From Patescibacteria group bacterium (GTDB lineage Bacteria > Patescibacteriota > Patescibacteriia > JAXHNJ01), in assembly GCA_041649715.1 (NCBI GenBank), contig JBAZMP010000002.1, positions 4,964 to 68,963 on the forward strand: a stretch of 64,000 nt of DNA, read 5' to 3'. The position numbers were made by a program, and so were the translations under genes. The notes beneath the pieces are model-generated. The model was not told where the DNA came from and did not search any database. It was given only the letters and a program-made list of their open reading frames with translations. Below, in pieces: positions 17,435 to 27,192 of this stretch. The first letter of the stretch is position 1; each line of letters opens with the position of its first letter.

Positions 17435-18370
17435 TTATTTTTCCCGGTAAAACTTGGCGGCGATTTCCGGGGAAACGGAATTAACGATCAGGCGTGAGCC
17501 AAGCTCTATGCCGGCCCAGACATTGCGGCGGGGCGAGATCCGCAGATAAAAATGCTCGTGCGGGTAGCGGATAGCCTGATGCAGGTAGTAATTATAGGGC
17601 AGATTGAACCGGCGGAGCTTTTCCAAGATGTTTTTCAAAATTTTGGCCAGGGATTTTAATTCATTTTTGTTGAGCAGGGAAATATTGTCAATATGCCTTT
17701 TGGGGAAAATCCAGGCCTCATAATTGTAGTTGGAGGCCCAGGGCGTAAAACAGGAGATATATTCGTCTTCCCAGACAAAGCGGGGCGATTTCTTCTCTTG
17801 TTTAATCAAGTCGCAGTAATAGCAGGAGCCCATCTGGATCTTGTATTCTTCTGCCCGGGTCAGGCGGTGCAAGATATGGGGCGGCAGAAAGGAGGTGGCC
17901 AGGATCTGGGAGTGGGCGTGGGTCAGGGAGGCGCCGGCCCGGCCGCCGTTGTTTTTAAAAATCAGCAAATACTGGAACCTTTTATTTTTACTGATGGAGG
18001 CTGTCCTTTTTTGGTAGGTCTCCAAAATCTTCTCAAAATGGTTTAGGGGCAGTTCGGACATCTCAAGTTTATGTTCCGGTGTCTCAACGATTACTTCTTG
18101 CACGCCGTAGGCCTTGGGATTATCCTCGGTGAAGACGGGAAAAACGTTTTTTATGACCTTGATCAGCCATTTTTTTTCCGGGCCGACGGTCAAGATGGTC
18201 TTGACGTTTCGCAGTTTTTCCGGACAAAACGGGCAGGCGCTTTGAGGGATGGATTTTCCTTCGCCCTCCTGTTCAAAATGATGAGGTCTTTTTTCCCGGC
18301 CGGGGGCGATGATCACCGCCCGGTCATTGATGTAGTCTTGCCTGATCTCTGACTGTGTTTTTTTGTCCAT
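17435..18370 (-). CDS. Galactose-1-phosphate uridylyltransferase (GalT)-family nucleotidyltransferase; may act as an NDP-sugar phosphorylase.
   Basis: Zinc-binding CPFCPE motif and the HIT-like active site HAHSQILA (HxHxQ). Confidence 0.65.
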   Translation of the reverse strand: MDKKTQSEIRQDYINDRAVIIAPGREKRPHHFEQEGEGKSIPQSACPFCPEKLRNVKTILTVGPEKKWLIKVIKNVFPVFTEDNPKAYGVQEVIVETPEHKLEMSELPLNHFEKILETYQKRTASISKNKRFQYLLIFKNNGGRAGASLTHAHSQILATSFLPPHILHRLTRAEEYKIQMGSCYYCDLIKQEKKSPRFVWEDEYISCFTPWASNYNYEAWIFPKRHIDNISLLNKNELKSLAKILKNILEKLRRFNLPYNYYLHQAIRYPHEHFYLRISPRRNVWAGIELGSRLIVNSVSPEIAAKFYREK

Positions 18371-18376
18371 ATTTAT

Positions 18377-19963
18377 TTAGTGATACAGCTTTTTATAAAG
18401 TTTTAGGTATTCCTGGCCGGAGCGGTCCCAGGAAAAATTTTGGTTCATCGCATTTTTTACCAATTTCCGCCAGGCCCTTTTATTTTGATATATTTTCAAG
18501 GATTTTTCAATAGCGGCCAGCAATTCTTTGGCGTCGAAGTTTTTGAAAAGGAAACCGGTGCCCCGGCCAGATTTGGGGTTGAATTCTTCCACAGTGTCTT
18601 TTAGCCCGCCGGTTTTCCGGACGACAGGAATGGTGCCATAGCGCATGGCGATCAGCTGGCCCAGGCCGCAGGGCTCGAAGCGTGAAGGCATTAAAAACAG
18701 GTCCGAACCGGCATAGATCTTTTGGGCCAATGAGGCGTCAAATCCGATCTTGGTAAAAACGTTCTTAGGGAAATCGGCGGCCATTTTCTGGGCGATTTCC
18801 TCGTATTTTGACAAGCCTGACCCCAAAATAACAAGCTGGATGTTTCTTTTCACCAAGTCGGGCAAAACAGGGATTAATAGATCAAGGCCTTTTTGGTCGG
18901 CGAGCCGGCCGACGACGCCGAGAACCGGGATGTTCTCGTCAATGGCCAGTCCGGTAATTTTTTGCAAATCTTTTTTATCTTCTATTTTGCCAGACGGGTT
19001 TACTGCGGAGTAGTTTTTTGCTAAGTTCGGATCGGTCTTCGGGTTGAATATTTCCGTGTCAATGCCGTTGACAATGCCGCTTAAATCGTTTTTTCTGGCC
19101 AGCAGATATTTTTCCAGCCCTTCGCCGTAAGCCGGGGTCAAAATTTCTTTCGCGTAGGTCGGACTGACGGTGTTAAGCAGGTCAGCATAGGCGATCGCTT
19201 GTTGCAGATAGTCGATAGTAACGGAGTCATATTTTTTTAATTTCTCTTCCAGGTTTTTGTCGCCTTTCAGATTCAGATATTTTGTCGCCTCGTCATAGCT
19301 ATATTTGCCTAAAAAGGAATAATCAATCGTGACGGGATTATTCTTATCGTGTTTCATTACCGGACCTTCCGCTTTTTTCAGGTTCAAATAGGCGGTCGCT
19401 TCGTCATAGTTATATTTGCCCTGATAAGCGATATTGTGGATGGTCAGAAGAATCTTCATTTTCGGAAACAGTTTGTCTTTTTTTGCCCTTTCTTTCAGTA
19501 AAAACGGCACGATACCGACGTGCCAGTCGTGACAATGGATAATATCCGGCCAAAAATTCAACGGAGAAAAAATCTCCTGGATGCAGCGGGCAAAAAAAGT
19601 GAATCTTTGGCATTCTCGGGAGGCGCCACCCGAAGAAGCGTCTTTTTCAAAATAGACGCCGCCTGCCCCCAGATATTTCAGGTGATCAATGAGATAGACG
19701 ATTACATCGGAGCCAGGCAGGAGGCTGGCGAAAATCCTGATTTTTTCTTTCTGGCCGTTAAAAGGCACTTCGATGTTGTCCGCCACCAGTTTAAGGGGGT
19801 ATTTTTTTTCGTCGATAATGCCGTATTTAGGGATTACGATTCTTGAATCCGCCCCCTTTTTCCGCAGGCTTTTCGGCAAGGCGCCGATAACATCGGCCAG
19901 TCCGCCCACTTTAGCCAGGGGGGTTAGCTCAGCGGCGACAAATAAAACCTTTGTTTTGGCCAT
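18377..19963 (-). CDS. glgA: Glycogen/starch synthase (GT5, GlgA-like) carrying an internal duplicated insertion.
   Basis: N-terminal KVLFVAAELTPLAKVGGLADV with an HNIAYQG motif. Two copies of KY(N/S)YDEAT(A/K)YLNLK…VTIDY. Confidence 0.85.
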   Translation of the reverse strand: MAKTKVLFVAAELTPLAKVGGLADVIGALPKSLRKKGADSRIVIPKYGIIDEKKYPLKLVADNIEVPFNGQKEKIRIFASLLPGSDVIVYLIDHLKYLGAGGVYFEKDASSGGASRECQRFTFFARCIQEIFSPLNFWPDIIHCHDWHVGIVPFLLKERAKKDKLFPKMKILLTIHNIAYQGKYNYDEATAYLNLKKAEGPVMKHDKNNPVTIDYSFLGKYSYDEATKYLNLKGDKNLEEKLKKYDSVTIDYLQQAIAYADLLNTVSPTYAKEILTPAYGEGLEKYLLARKNDLSGIVNGIDTEIFNPKTDPNLAKNYSAVNPSGKIEDKKDLQKITGLAIDENIPVLGVVGRLADQKGLDLLIPVLPDLVKRNIQLVILGSGLSKYEEIAQKMAADFPKNVFTKIGFDASLAQKIYAGSDLFLMPSRFEPCGLGQLIAMRYGTIPVVRKTGGLKDTVEEFNPKSGRGTGFLFKNFDAKELLAAIEKSLKIYQNKRAWRKLVKNAMNQNFSWDRSGQEYLKLYKKLYH

Positions 19964-19966
19964 ATA

Positions 19967-21988
19967 TTATTCCAAATTTTCCTGGATTATCTTTTTTAGG
20001 ATGATTAAATAGCGCGCCCGATTTTTATCTTTTGGGCCCATCAGCATCGTACTGATCGTCCAGATATCCAAGGCTGAACGGACCTTAAAGAGAGAAAGGT
20101 TTTTTTTCACCTCCTTGGCGATCTTCAGCCCGGCTTTTTTATAATACGTTTCTAGAAATATGTTTTGCAATGTTTTTATCCTTTTTTCGACCAGGAGGCG
20201 GTCAAGCATGATCCGCAAATGAATGAGGAAATTAGCGACATCAAAAGCGGGATAAAAAAGGCAGGAAAGGGTATAGTCAATCACGGCAACCTCATTGGCG
20301 GGCGTGATGATAATATTGGAAGCCTGGAAATCATTATGTGAAAGGACGAGTTTCGCCCCCTTGAGATCGGCTTTGGCCAATTTTAAATATTGATCGCGCC
20401 ATTTCTTGATCATCGGATAGTCTGGCGCGTCATATTTTTTTATTTTGGTCCTTAAATCCTGGAAAAAGTTCGGTTCGTCGTATCTTCTTTTATTGACGGC
20501 TGGCCAGGGCAGACGATGAAGCCTGGCAAGAGTAGCGGCGATTTTTTGGACGATGTTTGAAAAATTACGGCTCTTAAAATTCCACTCGCGCAGACGGGTT
20601 CCCGGCGTCTCCTCATAAAAAACATAGGGAACGTTGCGGAAAAAGAATAGCGGCCGGGGCGAGACCAAGCCCGGCTGGTTATGCTCATAAACATGTTTTA
20701 GGATAATGTATGTTTGGTGGGAAATAATGTTGCCGCGCAGGTAATAATCCACTTTTTCATTTTTGAAGGTGGCCACCGTTATTTTTGTGCGGGTTAAAAA
20801 ACTTGTTTCTGACAGGGCGTCCGGTTGATCAATGGTCAGATCAATAATATGCTTGGCTGCCGGGAAAAAACGGCGGAGATTTTTATTATAAAACTTCATC
20901 ATCACTTCCTTATTGGAGAAGACTTCTTTCAGATTCTTCTTTTTTTGCCACGGGGAGATATTCTCTCCGGTGTTAACGTTAAGTTCCCGGCAGATTTCCC
21001 GGGCTTTTCTAAGGGCCCGTAAGATTGTTTCATCCGCCTCGGGGCTTTGGGAGACGGAAACGGTATAAGCGATGATCTGCATAATCCACCAAAGCTCATG
21101 GAGCTGAAATCTGGCTTTTATTTCTTTAAATTTGATATTTCTGGCGCCCAAATAGGCGTCGATAAAGGTTTTTTTGACGCTGACGGCAGTGTTTGAGTCA
21201 AAACCCCCTCGCCACATAATGAGATTTGTCTGGGCGATTAAATTGGCCAGATCGCTGACGGGGTCAAAAATGACGCTTCGCCCCCAATCAATTACCCCGA
21301 TACTGTTTTTATTGATGATAATATTGTGCGGATTAAAGTCGCCGTGGGTGAGGCAGAATTGATCTTTTTTCGCGTAGACCAATTCTTCAAAAAGAGGGAA
21401 TGAATTTTCCAAAATAGTGGTGCCGGCGGCGTATATTCCCGGATAATAGTTCTTGTAATCTTCCTTGAAATAGCCGATCTCATTTTTGATTAGGCCCAAG
21501 GAACGGATCTTGCCCTGCTTAATCTTCAATTCGTGGAAACGGGCCAGCCACAAAGCCGCCTGCTTGGTCAGGTAAAGCAGGTCTTTCGGCTTTTTGCGGA
21601 TATATTTTGAGAAGGTGACGCCGGGATATTCTTCGTAGAGGACCAGATTGATCTTAGGATAGTATCCCAAGGAAAGCGGAACGTGAAAGGGGGTGAAGGC
21701 AAAGCCCTTACGGTAGAGGATTTTTTGGCTTAAATCCGCGATTTTTATTTCATCTTGACTGTCTCGCGAAGGGACATTGCCCCGGAATATTTTTTTGTCT
21801 GTCTTGCCGGCCGGCGTCTTAAAAGTCAGCTCGTACTTGAGGGATTTCTTGAACTCAAATTCGCTGATATCGAAAATTTCGATGTTTTTTAAGCGGCTAC
21901 CGGGCGGAAAAAAATCCTTGACGATTTTTTCAAAAAACGCCCGCATGTATTTTTTGTTTTTGACCTTTAGGAAAAACTCCGCCGGCAT
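19967..21988 (-). CDS. Tandem two-domain kinase of the aminoglycoside-phosphotransferase/choline-kinase fold; possibly a sugar kinase of the maltokinase type.
   Basis: Two catalytic-loop motifs: LTHGDFNPHNIII…IDWG and LSHNDFQASNIII…IDY. Confidence 0.45.
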   Translation of the reverse strand: MPAEFFLKVKNKKYMRAFFEKIVKDFFPPGSRLKNIEIFDISEFEFKKSLKYELTFKTPAGKTDKKIFRGNVPSRDSQDEIKIADLSQKILYRKGFAFTPFHVPLSLGYYPKINLVLYEEYPGVTFSKYIRKKPKDLLYLTKQAALWLARFHELKIKQGKIRSLGLIKNEIGYFKEDYKNYYPGIYAAGTTILENSFPLFEELVYAKKDQFCLTHGDFNPHNIIINKNSIGVIDWGRSVIFDPVSDLANLIAQTNLIMWRGGFDSNTAVSVKKTFIDAYLGARNIKFKEIKARFQLHELWWIMQIIAYTVSVSQSPEADETILRALRKAREICRELNVNTGENISPWQKKKNLKEVFSNKEVMMKFYNKNLRRFFPAAKHIIDLTIDQPDALSETSFLTRTKITVATFKNEKVDYYLRGNIISHQTYIILKHVYEHNQPGLVSPRPLFFFRNVPYVFYEETPGTRLREWNFKSRNFSNIVQKIAATLARLHRLPWPAVNKRRYDEPNFFQDLRTKIKKYDAPDYPMIKKWRDQYLKLAKADLKGAKLVLSHNDFQASNIIITPANEVAVIDYTLSCLFYPAFDVANFLIHLRIMLDRLLVEKRIKTLQNIFLETYYKKAGLKIAKEVKKNLSLFKVRSALDIWTISTMLMGPKDKNRARYLIILKKIIQENLE

Positions 21989-23349
21989 TATTTTTTTTCC
22001 TTTTGATAGCTTTTGATTTCCGCGATGCGGTTGCGCAAGTGGGCTGCCCTTTCGTATTCTTCTCCTTTCACCATGATTTTTATTTCCTGGCGAAGGTTAT
22101 TGATAATTTTGTCGATTTCCTTTTTCGGCAGTTCGGGGATCGCCTCATCGCTTCTTTGACGCACTTCCTCGTCTTCCTGGCGGCTTAAGGCCTCAACCGT
22201 GCCGTTACGCTGCCATTCGAAACCCGTAAATACAATGTCCTGGTAGAGTTTTTGCGCCCGATCTTTCAAAGCGGCAGGCGCCCCGGCTAAAAGCTGAATG
22301 GTTTCCTTCAATTCTTTGGCGCCGGCCTCGATCATTTCTAGGCTCCACCAGGGTTTGGCCGAGGCCCACCAAAATTGATCGGAATGCACCGCCCGGTCAA
22401 GCAGCATTCGGGCTTTTTGGTAGTTCGGATCGCGGCCAAATTGGCTGATCGCCTTTACGGCCAGGTGAAAGAGTTCCCATTGTTTTTCGTGGATCAAATT
22501 GCCCGGGTCATCCCAGCGGGAGAAAGGGGCGTTTTTTTCTAGATCTTTTTCCATTAGCGCCCAGGTGGAAGAAGCGGGGGTGATAGCTATTTCATCCTTA
22601 AAATATTTCGGAAGCTCTGAGATTAGGACGGTTTTTAATTTTTTTGACTTGTACATTTCAAAAAGGAGATGTTCCATACCCGGCCGATGGTGGCCAAAGG
22701 TTTCGCCGTCCATGGCAGTCAGTAAATACTCGTGCTTTTTCAGCCTTTCGCCTAAGGAGTCGATAAGAAGGGTGCCGGTTCCGAGCTGTCCGGACAGGAT
22801 CTTGTAGCTCATTTTTCTCTCCCGGAAGTATATTTTGAAATTCGGGGTGCCCTTGACGGTGTAAATTTTACTGTAATCAACGCGGCCCTGTTCCTTGGGA
22901 AAGGAAAGTTCGTCGACGATAATCCATTGGTAGCCTAAGCCGGCCACGATCTTGGCCACTTCGGGAGAAAAACCCATCTCCGGCGGAAAAAAGCCTTTCG
23001 GCTGGAAGGCTTCGCCAAAATATTTTTTATGGGCTTCGTGGTTTAGCTTCACTTGCCGGATGACCTCCTCTTTCGGTAATTTTGGCAGCAGCGGGTGGTA
23101 TTTGGCGCTGGCCGTCAGCTCGATCTGTCCTCTTTTTAGAAGCATTCTTATGTCATCAATGAGGTCTTGGCAGCCGTTTTGTTCGAATAATTCCACTAAA
23201 ATCGCGCTGACGTTCAAAGTGAGCTTGGCTTCAGGCGCTCTTTTTAGCTCGGCGACAATCCGGCGGTAAGACTCATCGGCGATTTTTTTTACCCAATAAG
23301 GTTTTTGGGTGGGGGGTTGGTAAATGTGTAAGAAATTGGCCCAATACAT
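21988..23349 (-). CDS. GH57-family alpha-glucan enzyme (branching enzyme / 4-alpha-glucanotransferase-like) with a C-terminal UVR-like motif.
   Basis: N-terminal FLHIYQP and a GH57 core. C-terminal EEYERAAHLRNRIAEIK resembles the UvrB/UvrC UVR motif. Confidence 0.65.
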   Translation of the reverse strand: MYWANFLHIYQPPTQKPYWVKKIADESYRRIVAELKRAPEAKLTLNVSAILVELFEQNGCQDLIDDIRMLLKRGQIELTASAKYHPLLPKLPKEEVIRQVKLNHEAHKKYFGEAFQPKGFFPPEMGFSPEVAKIVAGLGYQWIIVDELSFPKEQGRVDYSKIYTVKGTPNFKIYFRERKMSYKILSGQLGTGTLLIDSLGERLKKHEYLLTAMDGETFGHHRPGMEHLLFEMYKSKKLKTVLISELPKYFKDEIAITPASSTWALMEKDLEKNAPFSRWDDPGNLIHEKQWELFHLAVKAISQFGRDPNYQKARMLLDRAVHSDQFWWASAKPWWSLEMIEAGAKELKETIQLLAGAPAALKDRAQKLYQDIVFTGFEWQRNGTVEALSRQEDEEVRQRSDEAIPELPKKEIDKIINNLRQEIKIMVKGEEYERAAHLRNRIAEIKSYQKEKK

Positions 23350-23387
23350 AGGTTATTCTTAATTAGTTGATAAGTTTATAATTTATA

Positions 23388-24623
23388 CTATTCGGTAATC
23401 TTCTTGCCGCCCATTTCCGGGACAAAACCGACCTTATGCATGTATTCTTCGGCCTTGGCTTTGGCCTGGCCGGAAGCCTGCCACTCGCGGACCAAACCGG
23501 CTAATTCTTCAAGCATTTTCTGGGTTTCGTTTACCTCGGCGATGGAAATGCTTTTCAGAGGTTCTAAAACCCGGACTAGTTCTTCCGCCTCGCGGATGAT
23601 AATTTCCTGGCTCCACCAAGGCCGCATCGAAGCCCACCAGAATTGATCGGAAGCCAAGGATTTATCCAGAAGTTCTTGGGCGTAAGATAGATTCTCGTCT
23701 TTATTATTCTTCGCTTTTTCCATCAGTCCCAGGATTTTTTCCACTAGGGCCCATTGTCTGACATGAATAGGGTTTTTGGGGTTTTGCCACAGTATGTAAG
23801 GGGTTTTTTCAGAAAAATCTTCTTCTTCGGAAGACCAGCTGGCGGGGGCAAGGTCGACGGCCTCGAATTTATCGTAGTTTTTCAATAGCGCCGAGCAGGT
23901 GTCGGTGGTCACCTCCGACCGGGTAATCAGATTTTCCCAGAGTTTTTCCGTATTTTTCCGGTGGTGACCCAAGTTTTCTCCGTCCATGCCGGTTATCAAA
24001 AAATCCTTGCAGCGGCCATCTTCTTTGATTTTGTGGCAAAATTCATCCGGTTTTTCAAACAAAGCCTCAAAAGCGAAAAAGTTGCTGATGGTGCGGTTGC
24101 GGAAAATAACTTTTATGGAAGTATTCTTTATTTGATATCCCTGCTGGCAATTTACTCGGCCGATTTTTTTATTATAAGAAATTTCATCCAGAATAACCCA
24201 TTTTATTTTTAATTTTTCCAAGACCGGGACAAGATTATTACCCCAGGCCATCTCTGGGACGTAAAACCCTCGAGGTTTGTAGGCCGAGCCGAGATATCTG
24301 CGGTTCGCCTCTTCATTAAGACGGATCTGGCGGTAGATTATTTCCGCCGAGAAAAGAGGCAGGATAAGATGATATTTGGCGCTGTGAGTAAATTCTATTT
24401 GGCCGTTTTTGGCCAGCTTAATCAGATCTTCGATGATACCCAGGTAGCCGTATTTTGCCAGCTGTTCGGTCAAACTGGCGCTGATGTTTAGGGTTATTTT
24501 TACCGAGGGATTTCTTTTCAATATATCGAGCAAGGGGCCATAGCATTCGCGGGTTACTTTCCGGATAGTGGCCTCTTCCCAGTCCGGCGGCTGGTAAATA
24601 TGGAAAAAATTGATCCAGATCAT
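23388..24623 (-). CDS. Second GH57-family protein, a paralog of 21988..23349.
   Basis: N-terminal FFHIYQPP with collinear GH57 motifs. Confidence 0.65.
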   Translation of the reverse strand: MIWINFFHIYQPPDWEEATIRKVTRECYGPLLDILKRNPSVKITLNISASLTEQLAKYGYLGIIEDLIKLAKNGQIEFTHSAKYHLILPLFSAEIIYRQIRLNEEANRRYLGSAYKPRGFYVPEMAWGNNLVPVLEKLKIKWVILDEISYNKKIGRVNCQQGYQIKNTSIKVIFRNRTISNFFAFEALFEKPDEFCHKIKEDGRCKDFLITGMDGENLGHHRKNTEKLWENLITRSEVTTDTCSALLKNYDKFEAVDLAPASWSSEEEDFSEKTPYILWQNPKNPIHVRQWALVEKILGLMEKAKNNKDENLSYAQELLDKSLASDQFWWASMRPWWSQEIIIREAEELVRVLEPLKSISIAEVNETQKMLEELAGLVREWQASGQAKAKAEEYMHKVGFVPEMGGKKITE

Positions 24624-24627
24624 AAAT

Positions 24628-26097
24628 TTAGCTTGTTTTTTTCTCGCGGAGTTTTTTAATCGCCAAATAGTAGAGAGCGAGGTATTTTTTTGCGGGGATC
24701 TCCCAAGAATAAGAAAGGCGCATGGCCTGCCAGGTGAGATGTTCCCAGGTTTTTCGGTATTTGTAATTGACCAGGGCCCGGATGATGGCCGCCAAAAAAT
24801 CTTCTTTTATAAAACGGGAAAAGACGAAACCGTTGCCTCTTTCTTTGCGGGGGTCAAAGTCGGTGATGGTGTCGGACAGCCCTCCGGTTTCATGGACAAT
24901 CGGGATGGAGCCGTAACGCAGACTGATCATCTGGGAGATGCCGCAGGGTTCATAGCGTGAGGGCATCAGGAACATGTCTGAGCCGGCATAAACCCGCGCC
25001 GCCATTTTATCAGTGAAAGGGGAAGAGATGGCGATTTTCCGGGGGAATTTGCGGTTCAGCTTGCGGAAGGAATTGATATATTCTTTTTGCCCCGAACCAA
25101 CGACAATGAATTGAATGTCCATTTTCAGAAGAAAATCCATAAGGCGGAGAATTAGATCAAACCCTTTTTGTTCGGTCAGGCGGTGCACCAGACCAATCAG
25201 AGGGATGTCCGGGTCTACTTTTAGCTTCATCTCTTTCTGTAGGAGAAGCTTGTTCTTTTTCTTTTTGTCCAAAGAATTCCAGTCGTATTTATGCCGGATA
25301 TAGGGGTCAAAAAGGGGATTATACACATTATAATCTATCCCGTTGATGATGCCGAAGACATCCTTTTTCCGGGCCCGTAATATCCGATGCAAACCTTGGC
25401 CGAATTCCGGGGTCATTATTTCCTTGGCGTATCTTTCACTAACCGTGTTGATTATGTCGGCGTTTAACAAGGCTCTTTTCGTAAAATTTATATTTTTTAT
25501 TTCACCCTCCTTTTTTACGGGCGGAAGGTGATGGCCGTCATCGACCAGTTTTTTGGGAATTGTCCACCAATTCTGCTGGAACTGAAAAGGAAGGTTGTGG
25601 ATGGTAAAAAGAGTCGCTATCTTTGAATAGCCGATCTCCGCGCGGAATTTTTTCGCCAGATAGTTGGGAATTAGCCCGGCGTGCCAGTCCTGACAGTGGA
25701 TAACGTCAATTTTAAGTTTGAACTTCTCGATCATTTTTAAAACCGCCAGGTCAAAAAACAAGAATCTTAAGTTATCATCGGCGTAGTTATATAATCTTGA
25801 GCGATTGAACAGTTGCCAATTATAAATAAAATAGATGGGAATTTCGGGGGTAAAAAAAGTGCGCCGGTATTTGATATGATAATTGTTTTTATTAATAGTG
25901 ATATTGTCCTCGCCGATTTCTTCGATCTTTAAATTCTGGTTGCGGATAAAGCCGTAGTATGGCATGACCACGATCACTTTTTGTCCGAGGTGGACCAAGG
26001 CTTTTGGTAGGGCGTTGCAGACGTCAGCCAGACCGCCGGTGCGGGCATAAGGGGCGATTTCGGCCGTGGCCATTAAGATGGTGAGCGGTTTATTCAT
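24628..26097 (-). CDS. glgA: Glycogen/starch synthase, second copy.
   Basis: N-terminal TILMATAEIAPYARTGGLADV, an HNLPFQ motif, and a C-terminal GT-B fold domain. Confidence 0.85.
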   Translation of the reverse strand: MNKPLTILMATAEIAPYARTGGLADVCNALPKALVHLGQKVIVVMPYYGFIRNQNLKIEEIGEDNITINKNNYHIKYRRTFFTPEIPIYFIYNWQLFNRSRLYNYADDNLRFLFFDLAVLKMIEKFKLKIDVIHCQDWHAGLIPNYLAKKFRAEIGYSKIATLFTIHNLPFQFQQNWWTIPKKLVDDGHHLPPVKKEGEIKNINFTKRALLNADIINTVSERYAKEIMTPEFGQGLHRILRARKKDVFGIINGIDYNVYNPLFDPYIRHKYDWNSLDKKKKNKLLLQKEMKLKVDPDIPLIGLVHRLTEQKGFDLILRLMDFLLKMDIQFIVVGSGQKEYINSFRKLNRKFPRKIAISSPFTDKMAARVYAGSDMFLMPSRYEPCGISQMISLRYGSIPIVHETGGLSDTITDFDPRKERGNGFVFSRFIKEDFLAAIIRALVNYKYRKTWEHLTWQAMRLSYSWEIPAKKYLALYYLAIKKLREKKTS

Positions 26098-26103
26098 AAT
26101 TAT

Positions 26104-27183
26104 TTATTTAATAATACCCAAATAGCGACTGGCGATGACAAACATGGCGTGGCTCCAGGCCAAGGGATTGATGCTTTTTCGGAAATCCGGAAAAATCTGC
26201 TCGGGGATATAATTTTCCACTCTATCCAGTACCCAGGTGTAATAGGCGAGAGCCTTTTTTTTGTTGCCGGCCAGCACCCAATAAATCGCCAGCCAAAAGT
26301 TCAAAATCGGCCAGGCGCCGCCGCCTTCCCAGGCGGTACCTTCTGAGTCGAAATAATCAAATTGAAAACGATGAACGCCGCCCCCAACCACCAAATTCTC
26401 TTCGATTTTCTGGACGGTATTTTTTATTTTCTTGTCGTCCGGCTCAATGATTTCGAAAGGGTAAACAAGGCCCAGGAGCGAAGCATCAATATTTTTGTCG
26501 GAAATTTTTCCCGCGTTACGATAAAAATATTCATCGGATAGACTGTAGGCTTCTTCTATCTCGCGGATCATCTGCCGGGCGACCGCCTCCCAGGCTTTAT
26601 TGGGCAGAATCTGGTGAGCGCAGAGCAGTCCTCTGGCGCAGGCGGCCAGGGAATAGGTAAAATTATTTTCCATGACCGAAGAAGTTTTTCGGTAACCGTC
26701 TTCCCAGAGATCAAGGGTATTGGGCAAAAAATATTTTTTGTTCCAGGCCGCGCAAAGCCCTTCGGCCAGCCATTTGATCAGGTCTTTGTATTTTAAGGCT
26801 TTTTTTAAATCCGTCTTAAAATTAGAATAGACCATCCATAAAACGGTGCCCATTTGGTCGGGCTCGAATTGGGCGCCCATGGAAGCGACGCGCCCGTTCG
26901 TCGAATAATTGGCGTAAAGCAATTTATCCTTTTTGAAATCCTCGGGTTTGGTGAAAAGCCAATCCAGGAATTTTTCTTGTATTTCAATATTTAGATGTTT
27001 GGCCGCGACACAGACAAAAGAGGCGTCGCGCGGCCAAACATAACGGTAATTGGCCGCTTGGCGCGGATAATAGGTTTTATCCGTGTTGGCAGCCACGATC
27101 GCGCCGTTTTCCAGGGCGCAATCATTGAAAACCCTTGCGGAGCTTTCAATCAGTTGGCTGATTTTTTTCTTATCTAGGGGCAT
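26104..27183 (-). CDS. GH15-family (glucoamylase/glucodextranase-like) catalytic (alpha/alpha)6-barrel protein.
   Basis: YVWPRDAS resembles the YTWTRDS glucoamylase signature. About 359 aa. Confidence 0.6.
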   Translation of the reverse strand: MPLDKKKISQLIESSARVFNDCALENGAIVAANTDKTYYPRQAANYRYVWPRDASFVCVAAKHLNIEIQEKFLDWLFTKPEDFKKDKLLYANYSTNGRVASMGAQFEPDQMGTVLWMVYSNFKTDLKKALKYKDLIKWLAEGLCAAWNKKYFLPNTLDLWEDGYRKTSSVMENNFTYSLAACARGLLCAHQILPNKAWEAVARQMIREIEEAYSLSDEYFYRNAGKISDKNIDASLLGLVYPFEIIEPDDKKIKNTVQKIEENLVVGGGVHRFQFDYFDSEGTAWEGGGAWPILNFWLAIYWVLAGNKKKALAYYTWVLDRVENYIPEQIFPDFRKSINPLAWSHAMFVIASRYLGIIK

Positions 27184-27192
27184 AAAAAATAA

